A stretch of DNA of 59,967 nt, filler included, from Bipalium vagum (taxonomy: Eukaryota): NCBI GenBank assembly GCA_037834085.1. It is 3 parts of 3 records of this genome, joined end to end, with 100 filler letters (N's around TTAATTAATTAA, not from the genome) between each part and the next. Parts side by side here need not be neighbours in the genome. Positions count along the whole stretch, not along the records: positions 21,280 to 38,893 come from JBBMKC010058645.1; positions 38,994 to 59,967 come from JBBMKC010243490.1; 1 more part is not named here. One strand, 5' to 3'. Under the pieces are notes generated by a model. That model was given only the letters and a program-made list of their open reading frames with translations. It made no database searches and was not told the origin of the DNA. Made by a program: the position numbers and the translations under genes. Below, one piece after another: positions 26,745 to 39,700 of this stretch; position 1 is the first letter of the stretch; every line of letters starts with the position of its first letter.

Positions 26745-29700
26745 TAAAAAAACAATATAATATAATAATAATTTACTAACTATTAAAATACTTATATTTA
26801 TAATTATACTAATAAATAATAAAAGAAATATTTACTAAAAAAAGAAGATAAAAGAAATATTTTTTATAATTTCAAGAAAAATAAGAACAAAAAATATTCT
26901 ATAATCTCTCCAAACGTATTCCTAATGGGAATTATAAAGAGAATTGATTTAGGTATTGTACTCTCAACTGTTAGTGGAATTATAAATAATACTATAATTA
27001 ATACCAGCACTTTTAATAGTAAACAGTGGAGCTGGAAAGTATTTTCTCCGTCCACCTCAATCAATTATTTAATAATGTGGTTGTCTAAAAATATTTTCTC
27101 CCTGCACACAATTAATATAATTAACTGAAATATTATTCTCTCATTTATTATTATTATAATTATTATTGAGCTTCATCGCCGTGGAATCTAACTATATACG
27201 GCTACGCAGTCAGGCTGTAGCTCGCCCTCCGAGAGGGAAAAACTACCTGATATTTCTCCATGTCTCTTTAATTAGTAATTAATAATATTATTAATTAACA
27301 ACCTATGGGAATTATGTACGAGGTTAATCAAATTCGCAATGAATTTTAATTTGACTTCATTTATGACAATATTTATTTTTTCTTTTTTTATTTATTTAAA
27401 TATATAATTTCAATTTGAGAGAATTGCTCATGAATATAATTATAAATAATATTTATTAAATGAAAAAATATAAAATAATTAAGTAAGTTTGATATAACAA
27501 GACTGGTTTGAGTTACAAAATGAAAATTATTTGATTGGGTAAAAATTCAAAAAAAATTAATGAAAAAAAATCAATGGAAAAGAAATTATTTTTTCTATGT
27601 GAAGACGGGCGATGGGAATAAAAGTCCTTGAACTCGCACAGAAGATTATGGGTAGTCAATACCAAACATCAGATCTTTACACATTTCAACGGAGCGATAA
27701 CTACCTCATGGAGATAATTTCTATTTATTTTTTTGAACGTGAGATGATGATATAAAATAAAGACTTAATCAGTCAAGTGTGGACCAAAGTCTGATTAGCA
27801 GTAAAGCCATAAGGACCCGGGAATACGTACATGCAATAACAGAAGGCTATAGAGAAATATCACGGAATACCAAGAAGAGGAAAGGTTTTTTCACACACTA
27901 AACATGAGATGTTTCTGAACAAAAAAATTTAGGTGCCTTTTCTTATGTATAACCAATTTACGTGACTTACTCTTGTATGGAACACAAAGACTTAAAGGGT
28001 CCATCCTCCGTCATAATATTCTTCACATAATTCAGTCCAGGAAAATGGAAAATGGGCAGATTTTTTTTGGCATACCTGATTTCTTTTTCCTCGCATATCT
28101 ACTAACAAAAATTTTGGACAAATCAACTCTAAGTTTCTGATTTTAATTCTTTTTAACATTTTCTGGACAGTCTTCTTGTTTTAATTTCACAATAATTATA
28201 AGTTGTCGAATATCTTCTCGCCAATTTTATCGAGATCGTCCACGTCTTGTTTCATCAAACAAATATTTCCTGCCAGAAGAAACCTTTCAGATCCAATTAT
28301 GAATAGTACTCATGCATGACTCTTCATTTGTATGATGAGTAATGTCCATCTTTAATTTATTCCACAGAAAACAAAAACTAATAAAACTAACATTCAGCTT
28401 GCTGATACATTTTTTAAAGACAGCGCCATAAATAATGTCAATAAACGGTTATTGTTTAAGACAGATTCAGTAATAATTGATTATATTTTTTAATTGGTTT
28501 ACGTAGAAAATTTCATTGATTTCTTAATTTACTCTACGGAATATTTTATCCACACCACGTATATCGAAAAGTATGGTTTGAACACTACTTGCAGCTGATA
28601 CAGAAAGACTGGTGAGAGTTTTCCAAAAAAATAAATATTAACTAAAACCGTACAATAATTGTAAAAATTGAAAATATTTCAATTTTTGAACACCCAATAA
28701 ATTCGTTTCAACATTTATTATATTACATTCAGTATCAAAATATTCCCTCAATTTGAAATCCACACAAACCATAACGTAATTATATAAAAATATTATAAGA
28801 AAAGTTAATTTATTATTTTTACAAATAAGAACCGTTACTGTGTATTACATTTATCCATATTTCAGCAATTTTTTTTATTTGATCATTGTACCATTCTCTA
28901 AACTTTAAACCAAAGAACGTTCTGTAAACTTTCTCTACTTCTTGTTAGACTAACAAACCCCTATCCTCTCCAAAAGCCTTCCATCGATCTAAAAGTGCAA
29001 TATCTGAAGGTACCAAGTCTATGATATAAGGAAGATGGGACAAGAGTTCAATCCCAACAAGTTTAGTAAATTTGTCTAGCGACGAAAGTGCACGGTGGGT
29101 TGACTCATTGTCATGCTGATAAAGCAGTCGATTTCTATTGATTAAACGTGGATATTTTCTTTTCAAAATTTCACTGACATACTTTGAGATTGAATAAATA
29201 AATAATATTTATATAATTTCTGAAAATATTTTCTTGTTAATATTATATTATATTTCTTAATATTATTTTATGTAATATTTTCGGGACAAATTTTTACTTT
29301 ATTAAGATCTTTGCCGTAATTGTTTCGGTAAAATGTGAATACGCGGGAAGAATAAAATTATTTTTTTATATTTTATCAAAAATATAAAAAATAACCACAC
29401 ATCTTATTAGGCGAAACACGATGTTGAGATGAAATTAAAAATCCCTGAACAAATTCGGGACACAAAGACTTTTGTTTCTCTTGTTAAAAGATGAGCGAAA
29501 AAACGTTGAGATATGTACGGGTTGCAATAATTAATTATTATCATTATAGTATTATCTGTAAGATTTGTACATATTAGTAATAATGATCAAGGTTGAGTGG
29601 GAAAAGAAAGATTTCGTTATTATTTTACCTATTGATGCAACATTCTCATATTCTCCCGACAACGGTCGCACTTGTTGATAGTTTCCTTTTGCATTGTGAG

Positions 29701-32700
29701 ACTTATCAATTTCCTTTACCATCTGCATCGGATAATCTATACAATCTTGAGTCGAAGCGTTACAAGCCGGTCTCTTGTCGTCGAGATAGGACTTTGATGA
29801 ATACCTGCGTTGGTGTTGATCAAACGAATTGACTATTTCCATGTCGACTTGTTGTTGTCCGTACACGTTTCCCGGTTCTAAATCCGGCAGATACTGTTGA
29901 GGATAATAGGGATCCTGTTGAAATATCGGTTCTGCATAACAAACATTGTCTTTGACGTCGTTTTCTGAATACAAATTGTCATAGTAACTATTAAACTGGG
30001 GAGCCAGATCATCGTAGGGATAGTAGAGATTGATCGGATCATCGGGATACTGTCGTGATGAGGAATGTTTCTCGTTGATGTAGTAATTGTTCACGAGATC
30101 ATAGTCCATGATCTGTTGATTGTTGGAATGGTGGTACGGGATTTTGTATTCATTGACATTGACATTGTTCAGTTCGGCTAATTGGAGCAGTTCTTCCTGA
30201 TAGCGAATGGTTTCTTCGATTTGTTTTTTGCGAAGCTCGATTTCTCGTTCCAGCTCCAAGACCCGTTGTTCTTTTTGCATCAATTCAATGTCGATATTGC
30301 ACGGAAATCTGTCGTCGATTTTCACGGGATAATTGTAACTCATATTGAACAGTCCCTGATCGGAATGGGACATTTCCAGAGGATAGTGCAAATAGTTGTT
30401 GTTCATGGCGATTTGATCGGTGGATCGAGAAAAGCCTCTCGTTGGATTGTGAACGGGATCTGTATAATAATACGAATTACATTTTAATTCTCGAGGATAG
30501 GAGTTACCGTAACCGAGAAATTGGGGCGACGAATAGATGGAATACGACGAACGTTGATCGTCGAAATTGGCCGGCTCATATTTGTAAAGATGATCTGGTC
30601 GATAGAAATAGGGGTTCTGGTAGTAGTACTGTGGGTATTGATAAGAACGATAAGGCGTTCTCGGCGATTGCAGATAGTAGTAGTAGTTGAGATCGTTGTG
30701 GGGTTGGTAGTAGTTGGGACAGTAACGCGATTTCGACAGACGAGGATAAGACAGAACGGATTTGGCGTTTTGAATTTCTGCCATCTTTTCTTGGATCTCG
30801 TTCATCTGATGTTTTTCGATATTGCGCAAAAGATTCAGCTGCAATTCGACATTGTGAATCTGGGCGAACTCTTTCAAATGCTGTCGTTTGATTTGGGTCA
30901 CCAGCAAAATTTCCTCATTGATAATTGCCTTTCGGTTTTTCGTTTCAGTTGGAACTTGCAATTGTACACAAACTTTGTTAAGCAGAGAGTTTTTCCCCGT
31001 ACGACTGCTGTAGCCAGTGAAGACAGGGAAATTTTCCAATGGCTTTTTATTTTGGGTTGAATTGGAAACAGTTGTCCCAGATGTTGTTTGTTCGTGGAAT
31101 TGTTCATTTGCAATTTCTGATGTTGTGGCTTTGCTAGGGGAAAATTTTGCTTCTCTGGTGTCAGAAATTTTATTGTAGAAAGCAAGATTTCTGATCATAG
31201 AAACATACTTGCCAATAGCATTTGTCAATGACAAAGGCTGCGTCTGTTCGGGCAACTGTGGGCTCATTGTTTCCCAGCAAGCGAATGATGATGAACAATT
31301 TCTATCCACAACAACAGCTTTCCTTAACGCGGACGACCGTTGGAAAAAAAATGGTTATCATTTATGATGATGTTGAACATGAAAAACAATACAACATACT
31401 GTTCCTGGAGATAGTGTCTATCACTGGCTGATGGAGGAGTAGAAGGCACGAGAGATTTGACTGATTTGCAGCTCGATGAAGACGGTACATTGATTGTGGT
31501 CTCTTCACTTGGTCTTTCCGTCATTGGTCGTTCTTCGCCGTCCAAGTCGTCCTCTTCCGAATCAGCTGCCATCAGATCTATGGACGATTGTTTAGACAGG
31601 CTGAGACTCTAATGTATTATTATGAAGAGTTACGCCCGGCTTTATGTAATCATTTATATATGTATATATATTTATCATTTTAACGAATTATTCGCTTGAA
31701 TAAACATTTCCATTGACGTCAATATCAACTGGATAAATATGAGAATAAATTATTAAAATATCATTTCTTCTTCATTCCATTTTTCTTATTTTCACAAAGG
31801 TAACAATAATAATAATCATAATAATAATAATAAATAATAATGAAAACTAATAATAATAACAATATTAATAGTAATAATAATATTATTAAAATAATAATAA
31901 TACTAGTAATATTAATAAAAAATGAATAACAATAAATAATAATAATCGCAATGACAATAATAATAATAATATCAATAACAATTATAAAAAAAAAATAATA
32001 ATAATTTAATAATATTAAAAAAAGTAAAAAATAATAATAATCTTAAAATAAAAAAAATTATTAATATTAATCTAAAAATACTAAAAAATAAAACAAAATA
32101 ATAAAAAAATAATAAATATAAAAATACTAAAAATAAAATAAAATAATAATAAATATATGGAAATAGATAAATGAAAAACAAGAAATTAAAATTTATTTTG
32201 CATGCAGAATATTCTCTTTACCTAGAAGTAAGTCCTATTATAATAGGTAAATATTTAACATATAAAAGAATAAAGGAAGAAAAATTTTTTTAGAATTTAA
32301 TGGAAAATAAAAAAACATTTTAAAATTTTTCTAACTTTTTTCGGATAGGAATGAAAAAGTAAACTGATTTAGGCAGTGTATTCGAAGGGTATTAAAGATA
32401 ATACTGTGATTACTATTAGAAGACATAATACGAAACAACGGCCATGGATAAATGCAGAGAGTGAATACAAAAATAATAATTCCTTTGCAAGATAATATTA
32501 AGGTTTTTCAAAGAGAGGTTTTAAAATAATAAAATCTTAATATTATTTTATTTTATACNNNNNNNNNNNNNNNNNNNNNNNNNNNNNNNNNNNNNNNNNN
32601 NNNNNNNNNNNNNNNNNNNNNNNNNNNNNNNNNNNNNNNNNNNNNNNNNNNNNNNNNNNNNNNNNNNNNNNNNNNNNNNNNNNNNNNNNNNNNNNNNNNN

Positions 32701-35700
32701 NNNNNNNNNNNNNNNNNNNNNNNNNNNNNNNNNNNNNNNNNNNNNNNNNNNNNNNNNNNNNNNNNNNNNNNNNNNNNNNNNNNNNTAAAAATTAAATATA
32801 ATAAAAATTAACAATAATTAAAATAATAAAAATTAAAAATAATTAAAATTAAAAATAATAAAAATTAAATATAATAAAAATAATAAAAATAATAAAATAA
32901 CAATAGTAATAGTAATATGAATTTATTATTATAATTTTTAAATATATCAGTATCATTTTTCATGTTATTATTAATTCGAAAGTTGTCTTTTATAATTATA
33001 TATACAATAAATAACTCATTCACAGAGCGTTCAAAAAGATTTTATCAATAGAAACAACTCTAAATAATTAAAAGCTATTATATTTATTATGTTTAAACAC
33101 AGGAAACAAAAAAAAGATCTGGCTTATATATTAACTCGTATTATTTATAAATCGACTTATAATTATATTATATAAATATTTACAATGGTAACTTTTATTT
33201 AATATTTGAAAAAGAAAAGAAATGTGATTAAAAGAATAACAAAAACAAATATGAAAAAACGAATTCAGTGTCACAGTACTAATTACGAAAGAAACGAATG
33301 ATTTTTAATATAAATAAATTAGAATAAATAAGTAGAAATAATAAATGAGGGAAATTAAAACAAAATGTGTAATTAAAAGAGAAATGAGACCTTTCAATGA
33401 TCACGTAGTACAAAAAAAAGCGTCGATATAATGATTTTCACTCAAAACAGAATTTATAAAGAAATATTTATGAAAGGGTAATAATAATGATAAAAATAAA
33501 CAAAAGAAATTTAAATTAATAATTAATGAGATTTAATATTTTAATAATTTACAAAATAATTAAATTAAATTATAAAATTTAAAACAGGTAATAATAAACA
33601 AATTCAGGTTGTATCAAAACCAGGGAAATAAAATTTTTGTCTGTCAATTTTTATGAAAATATATTTCATTTAACTAATTCATAATTCATCAAACACCGAA
33701 GAAATTTAACTAACGACCCTTGCAGCATTATCAAAACTTATGAGGATGTTTGAGGAAACTGAATGTGTTATCTATATATCTCATGGGGGGGGGGGTTCCT
33801 TTGACTACAGATCGTAAAACCAATAAAGGTTCAATTGCGGATATGGATGGTAAGACTTCCATTCGAAGATTGTCACGGGAAAATTATATTCCAGCTCCAC
33901 CAGTTCAACGAATTTTAAAAGAAGAGACGTTAAAACCTTTTAAACTGCAGCTGCTTCATGAGTTGAAACCAGATGACTATGATCAACGAGTTGAATTTGG
34001 TCTGTGGCTTATGCAGTATAATGATATTTTGTGGTGATGAAGCGAACAAAATTGTCGAAATTGGTCTCATGGCAAACCCACTTATTTCATTACACTTTTT
34101 CGTACAGGAACAAATTACCAATTTATTTCTCTTTGAATATTAAGGGTTTAACGCCTTACTTATCTGAAAGGATAAACATTTCCGGAAATTATGGTTCACA
34201 GTAGCATTTCTGTTTTAACCATGTATCCTCGACCTATTCAGAACTCTTCTGGATGATATGATTTATTCTTACCGTGTCATCAGATTAATTAAAATTAAAT
34301 TTATAGGGGAACCCAAGAAAACATTTCCAAAAATCGTGCAATATTTTATGATCAGAAGAACTTAAAATATATATTCATCACGATTCAAAATGATGCTGTT
34401 CTGATCATGTCTCAATCATCACTCGCGAGACAGCTTGCATGTTGTCCAATATCCCAAGAACTACTCTTTGACTCAAAGTTCCGGAATATTAAGCTATTAA
34501 CCAATTTCATGTCTGAAGCGTAAGATGGTTGCAGGAAATGCTTGATTGTTTTCTATTCTAAGAAAGAAATGTTAAATTATGCTACATGAACGCGAGCGTT
34601 CTCACATACAGGTTTGCACAAAAGTTACTTACTGATTTTAAACTATGATATAACACATGTGTTCAAGACAATTATTTATTTCGAATAGAATTCCTAAACA
34701 ATTAGTCATAGAGATTAGTTAAACGATTTTTTTAAAATTATCATTAAATGACTACCATTTTGTGCCTCATAAAGTTGTGCTCTTTTTACAGAGCTCTTCA
34801 CCACATCAGCTAAAATTTTCAGATTTATGGGTTTAATTTCATCACGAATATTGTCTTTAATTGTTGGGTGGACTTTGAATTATTAACAAAAACTTTCCTT
34901 TTCAGATATCTCAAAGGAAATTATCTGGAGCTAATAAATCTAGTGAACGAGAAGGCCAATTGAATGTCGAGTTTCTTGAAATATCCGTTTAACGAAAATC
35001 TCACGTAAGAGTTTTTATTTTAAAAATATAATTCTCCGATTTTCGTTCTCTGAAAAATTTGATATCTGTTTCCTGGATTCAATTTTTATGTCTAAAGTAT
35101 TTAAAAAAGAAATCAATTGAAAATTGATTTTTATGAAGTTACTTATGCATGTTAACGATTAGGTTCGCTAATCATCAAGTCTGATTATTAAAACCGGTAA
35201 AAATTCTGGTGCACCTAATATATACTTGCGGTTTTGAAAATCTTTAAAATATAGTCTAAGAGGAACTTACTTAAATGTAAGGATAATAATGCTTTAGCAA
35301 GAACTTCTTATCTTCATGGAGGAAATAAAGGGTTACTTTGTTTGAATATTAATTTTAAATAAATTAATTTTATTGTGTAAAACTTTTTGCAGTCTTATTT
35401 TGAAAATATTTTACACAATGACTCATCAAATCTGAGTCACAATCTACACTGCAGTAATAGTTTTTATTTTATTTTAAATTTATATATAAATATTAAAATT
35501 ATATATAAAAATTATATTATTAATAATCAAAAAAATCAATTACCATAAAATATAAATTATTTTCTTTAAAAACGAATAATGCACTCTCGCATTATTGAGT
35601 ACATTTTAATGACTTAAATAATAATAATTTATTTATTTATTCACTTATGAAAAAGTAATAATGATTTATTGTTGAAGAAAAATATTAATTATTACTTTTA

Positions 35701-38700
35701 TTATTGAAAAAATCTCATTATTAATGAAAATAGATATTTATTTTATTGTAATATTTCTAAAGCATAGGGTTTATTGTGACACTGATCCGTGTTACTGAGC
35801 TTGGATCACAGAATTAAAATAAGAAATATAGGATTATTTGTTATTTAAAAAGAAAAATATTAAAACAAAAATAATTTGTTTACTTATATATTAATACAAT
35901 ATATAAAAACCTATGAAACATCAGGTGAACATGATTTATTTTATTAAAATAATTTCATCGGTATTAAGATAATTATCACAAGTTTTCTGATCAATTTTCT
36001 TTTCAATTACATTATTTTACATAAATCAATTAAAAATGGATCATAATAACTCAATTTATTTAAATAGTTTATCAATAACTAAATATTTAAACAATTATTT
36101 TAGGCTATATATATATATTAAAAGTTGTATTTTCTATACGGAGTGAACAGACTTTTTCTGAGAACTGCAATAAAAAAATTCAGTTGTTAAAAATGATCGT
36201 AAAAGTAAATTATATTTTACTTTATTGTTTTATTTTAACAGGATCTCTTGCTTGAATCGTAGCATAAAACAAATGCTCATCAACCAGCGACCGTCAACAT
36301 TTTATTTTATCAATTATTGACAATAATTTTTGTGATTGAAAAGATAATTATATTATTTATTAAATATATTTTGAAAAATAAAATCTAATCAACTTTAAAT
36401 ATCGGAAATAATTTAATCCGCCAATTACATTCGCGAAATTATTAATTTTTATTTTTATTATTTTTGTTAACTGTCTATAAAGTTTTAATATTTTTATTTC
36501 TAAGAAAATTAATTTTCCATTCTGTGATTAGAGTAGACCTGACAATAAAAATACAGGGTGTTTGTTCACATTAAGTATCAGATTTTAAAATATAATAGCA
36601 CTAAAATTTTGATAGAGTGAAATAATTTTAGTACAACTTAATATTCTTCAACAGAACATCCAGAAACACTCACAATGTTGTAATCGATGATTTTTTTACC
36701 ATTTTTGTGATGATATATTACCCTCTTCTTCTTCGATTGCATCTGTCAGTTCTCTTAGCTTCTTTGGTTTTCTTGTATAAACCTTTGTCTTTAAATATGC
36801 TTAAAGAAAGAACTTCATTGATGAAAGATTTTGTGAACTGGCAATCAAAATGGAATAGTTTCACTTTCTCAGAAGCGCGGCATTCAAAACATTTCTAACT
36901 TCAAGCTAGTAATGTGCAAGAGCTACATTCTGTTGAAATAACCCTGAATTATTGTGGATTGATACAGGTTTCGACTCTCTCTTAATTGGCAGCATTATCC
37001 AAAATTGAATTTGATGAATTTAAATTTGATTATATTAACTTATTAAAACAAATAAATGTTTGGCGTTGTTTTAAAATTTGATACTTATTACACATCCCGT
37101 AATGCAAATAGTGAACAAAACAAATTAGAAAAAAAATAAAAACCGTAAAAAAATATTACTAAAAATTATTAAGCATTACTTACTTTTTTATTTCTTTTAC
37201 TTCATTATCCATAACAACGGTATCTCTTTTAATTTATCAAAAAAATAAAATAAATTTAAACAAAAAAACTGACTAAAAGTAAAATCCAGTGTGCTGATAA
37301 CTACTTACAATAATCAGTAATATATAAATACCTTTTTAAAACTACTCTCTTGATTGGGATCTTTCGAAATCTCTAGATTATCATCGGTGAGGAGTTCTTT
37401 AATGGAATTGTTATCTTCAAGGGTGTCTGCGCTGGCCGATTCTGATAGACCACTGATATTTTCATAGTTCTGACATCTTTTGAGCCGTGATTTCGATTCA
37501 TTGTTAACGGTTTCATTGGACGTGGAAATGGATGAACTAGACGAAGATGTCGACAGAGATGTCGATGAAATGGAAGAGGAGAAAATGTTCTCTTTGGAAA
37601 CGTTGCTCGATGAATCCCGATAGCACCATTGGCATTCTTCATCTGAATCATGGTCACAATTGACCAGTAATTGTTTGGGCTGTCCCAGAAGAGTTTCACT
37701 CATTCCGCTCTTGGGTTCTTCGGCTTTGGAAGAATTGGGAGAAAGATCAAGAATTGGCGACAGAATTGACTTTTTAAATGAATACTGATGACTGTTCAGT
37801 AAGGCATTCGTGAATTCTGGTGTTTGTTCAACGTTCAAATTGACGTCGTCTACCTTGTTAATATCGTCCTCTTCAAAGGTGAATCGATTGGGATAGGAGC
37901 TGGTGAGTTCCATATCGTAATTGAAAGTCTGGTTGGTGAGGTTGGCCGTATCACTGGCTATTGTAGCGGCAAATTTGGCAATGTCACTATCAGTATCAGA
38001 CTGATCCATTTTTCTGGCAAAATAATTGTCTTCATTTCTGCAACGGCGAATCAGTTCGTTGTTATATAATTGGAAATTCTCTATTGCTCGAAAGTCTGCT
38101 TCAGAATAGAAGTAATCTTCAAACTGATTGTCCATCTGATCGTAGTATGCCAGTAGGGAATTATTTCTATCAAAATTATCGAAATCGTTAGGATGCTCCA
38201 CTTCTTTATTGTATTTGTAATTGGGCTTGAAAGTGGAGTTGGAATAGTTGGAATATGCTAACTCTTCGTTGCTCAAATCTCCTTCATTAAGTTGGGATAA
38301 ATCGTGATTCGAAGAGGATGTTTCGTCCAGAACATCTTCCAACAGTGGAAATTTGCTGTCATCATTGAATTTGCTGTCAGGAGCACGATAGTATGGGTTT
38401 TTATCGTAATTTGCGTATTCCTCGTCATCTGATGACAGGCTTGAATTGATAATATCATCAACTAAAGGGAAATTATATTCCTCGTCTAACTGATAATCGT
38501 AATAATTGTTAAGTTCTTTTTCTGAATCTGTATACCCTAAATAATTAGGCATTTTTTGAAGTGGGATATTGTACATCATTGGTTCCTGAGATTCGGGAAA
38601 TTCAGCTGGGATCTGATTGTGAAGAAGTTGTCTTCGGGTTTTGGATCTTCCTAAATTTGAGTCTTGCAAATATCTGTTCTTTACTTCCTGATATTCAGGA

Positions 38701-38761
38701 TTTATTTGCTGTTGGTAGGGATCACTTTCTATGCTGTCTTCTCCGCGATCGGGAATTAGAC
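23707..38761 (-). CDS. pclo: Piccolo-like presynaptic active-zone scaffold, partial; exons 38761-37332, 31608-31400, 31322-29629, [unidentified exon(s)], 24581-24495, 24450-24360, 23984-23862, 23815-23707
   Basis: Spliced PDZ RLLLMRDSKEKNLRGNGVGMRIIGG...GAFVEQIFPGSMAD...EGDEIIEWNGVSLVGKTFEEVRSIL...EIEFLVR resembles the Piccolo PDZ. Very large low-complexity exons with coiled coils lie upstream on the same strand. GT-AG phases match except between 29629 and 24581. Confidence 0.8.
27603..28561 (-). mobile_element. Older copy of the same mariner family as 7922-9162
   Basis: Degenerate TIRs (AATAAAAGTCCTTGAACTCG; TTTTATCCACACCACGTA); 27980-28180 aligns by eye with 8530-8730. Confidence 0.75.
28800..29180 (-). 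mobile_element. Mariner transposase C-terminal relic
   Basis: KRKYPRLINRNRLLYQHDNESTH...HLPYIIDLVPSD. Confidence 0.8.
29629..31322 (-). CDS. pclo: Large Piccolo-like exon: two coiled coils and a Tyr/Asn/Gln/Pro-rich region
   Basis: Long ORF joined in frame to exon 31400-31608 by a 77-bp intron (gtatgt..ttaag, 31399-31323); donor at 29628. Confidence 0.78.
32559..32785. other. Scaffold gap (N run)
   Basis: Read directly from the sequence. Confidence 0.99.
33605..34130 (+). mobile_element. Tc1/rosa-like transposase N-terminal relic
   Basis: TSIRRLSRE...VQRILK...LKPFKLQLLHELKPDDYDQRVEF...ILW*DEA. Confidence 0.8.
34608..35120 (-). mobile_element. Tc1/rosa-like transposase C-terminal relic
   Basis: RNSTFNWPSRSLDL and ...KDNIRDEI...KRAQLYEAQNGSHL; TA-CAGG terminus at 34608. 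Confidence 0.7.
36554..37099 (-). mobile_element. Internally deleted Tc1-like element
   Basis: Imperfect TIRs (TACAGGGTG..TAAGTATCAGATTTTAAAA / TTTTAAAATTTGATACTTA..CATCCCGTA) and the fragment KTKVYTRKPKKLRELTDAIEEE. Confidence 0.7.
37332..38761 (-). CDS. pclo: Large acidic Ser/Asn/Tyr-rich Piccolo-like exon
   Basis: The open frame extends upstream of the listed ORF to acceptor ttttag (38762). The phase-0 donor at 37331 matches the phase-0 acceptor at 31609. Confidence 0.75.
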
Positions 38762-38819
38762 CTAAAACTTAAGTTATGAACAACTCTTCTCTTGATTGAT
38801 GGTTGAATAATCAAAATAT

Positions 38820-38821
<2 letters not shown>

Positions 38822-38893
<72 letters not shown>
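38822..38893. repeat. (ATT)n microsatellite at contig end
   Basis: Read directly from the sequence. Confidence 0.95.
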
Positions 38894-38993
38894 NNNNNNN
38901 NNNNNNNNNNNNNNNNNNNNNNNNNNNNNNNNNNNNNTTAATTAATTAANNNNNNNNNNNNNNNNNNNNNNNNNNNNNNNNNNNNNNNNNNNN
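38894..38993. other. Artificial contig linker N44-TTAATTAATTAA-N44
   Basis: Same 100-bp structure as 21180-21279. Confidence 0.97.
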
Positions 38994-39065
38994 TAGTTTC
39001 TTTTATTTGTAATTTATTAATAAACTTTGTTTTTCATTTTACAAATTTCATACTACACAACCTGA

Positions 39066-39067
39066 TA

Positions 39068-39105
<38 letters not shown>

Positions 39106-39700
39106 CTAAATTTGTCCTATGGGTCTTTTGGTCTTTGCGTAGATCAATATTGATCAAGTTAGATCACTTTCTTTTATAATTCTAGTCAAATCATTCAACC
39201 AGATAGGAATTTTAGTAGATCATCTTATAACATACCAGCGTTGGTTAGAGGTATTCTCAGGACAGTCCCTCCTTTCCACCAGCCTTGCTTCAGTTGGTAA
39301 TTCTCCAAGAATTAATTTATCTATGCAACAAACAGAAAGAGATAAAGAATATTCCTGCTTGAAAATATGTGAATTCTCGAATTTCCCGATAAATTATTCA
39401 ATCAAATGAATTTTTGAGATATTTGTGAAAAGCGAATTCCAAAGTTTCATACAATTTTTTGATAATGATTTTCAATATGTTTCTAAGGCCATAAACAAGT
39501 TGAAGAAACAACTTTGTATATTGCAGAAATCTAATTACCATAAATTTGCATCGTTTTAAACAAATTTTGGAAATATTTACCAGGATGATTTTGTTTAAAT
39601 TTAATTTAATAAATTTTCAAAATGGATAATGAGTCTGGTTCAAAAAAAAAGATTTAAAATAATGAATACGTCATAATTAATTATTTCAGAAATTTATGGA
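39066..39700 (-). mobile_element. LINE (CR1/L2-like) 3' fragment with (ATT)n tail
   Basis: KLWNSL C-terminal motif remnant and a GC-richer 3'UTR ending directly in a trinucleotide tail. Confidence 0.5.

Noticed and set aside
31310-31399. Apparent frameshift or readthrough between ORFs 31324-31572 and 29552-31309
   Set aside because: Explained by an ordinary 77-bp GT-AG intron (31399-31323) that restores the frame.
29593-31431. Several plus-strand ORFs up to 179 aa
   Set aside because: Antisense shadows of the GC-richer Piccolo exons.
31800-32200. Hydrophobic 69-aa ORF, and similar ORFs at 54911-55264, 58916-59101 and 46462-46668
   Set aside because: Translations of AT-rich low-complexity or microsatellite DNA.
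32548-32814. ORFs spanning N runs (also 47376-47701)
   Set aside because: Artefacts of assembly gaps.
37184-37225. Possible Piccolo microexon (DTVVMDNEVKEIK, gtaagt donor)
   Set aside because: Open only as phase 2-2, while the flanking exons join in phase 0; the acceptor is poor.
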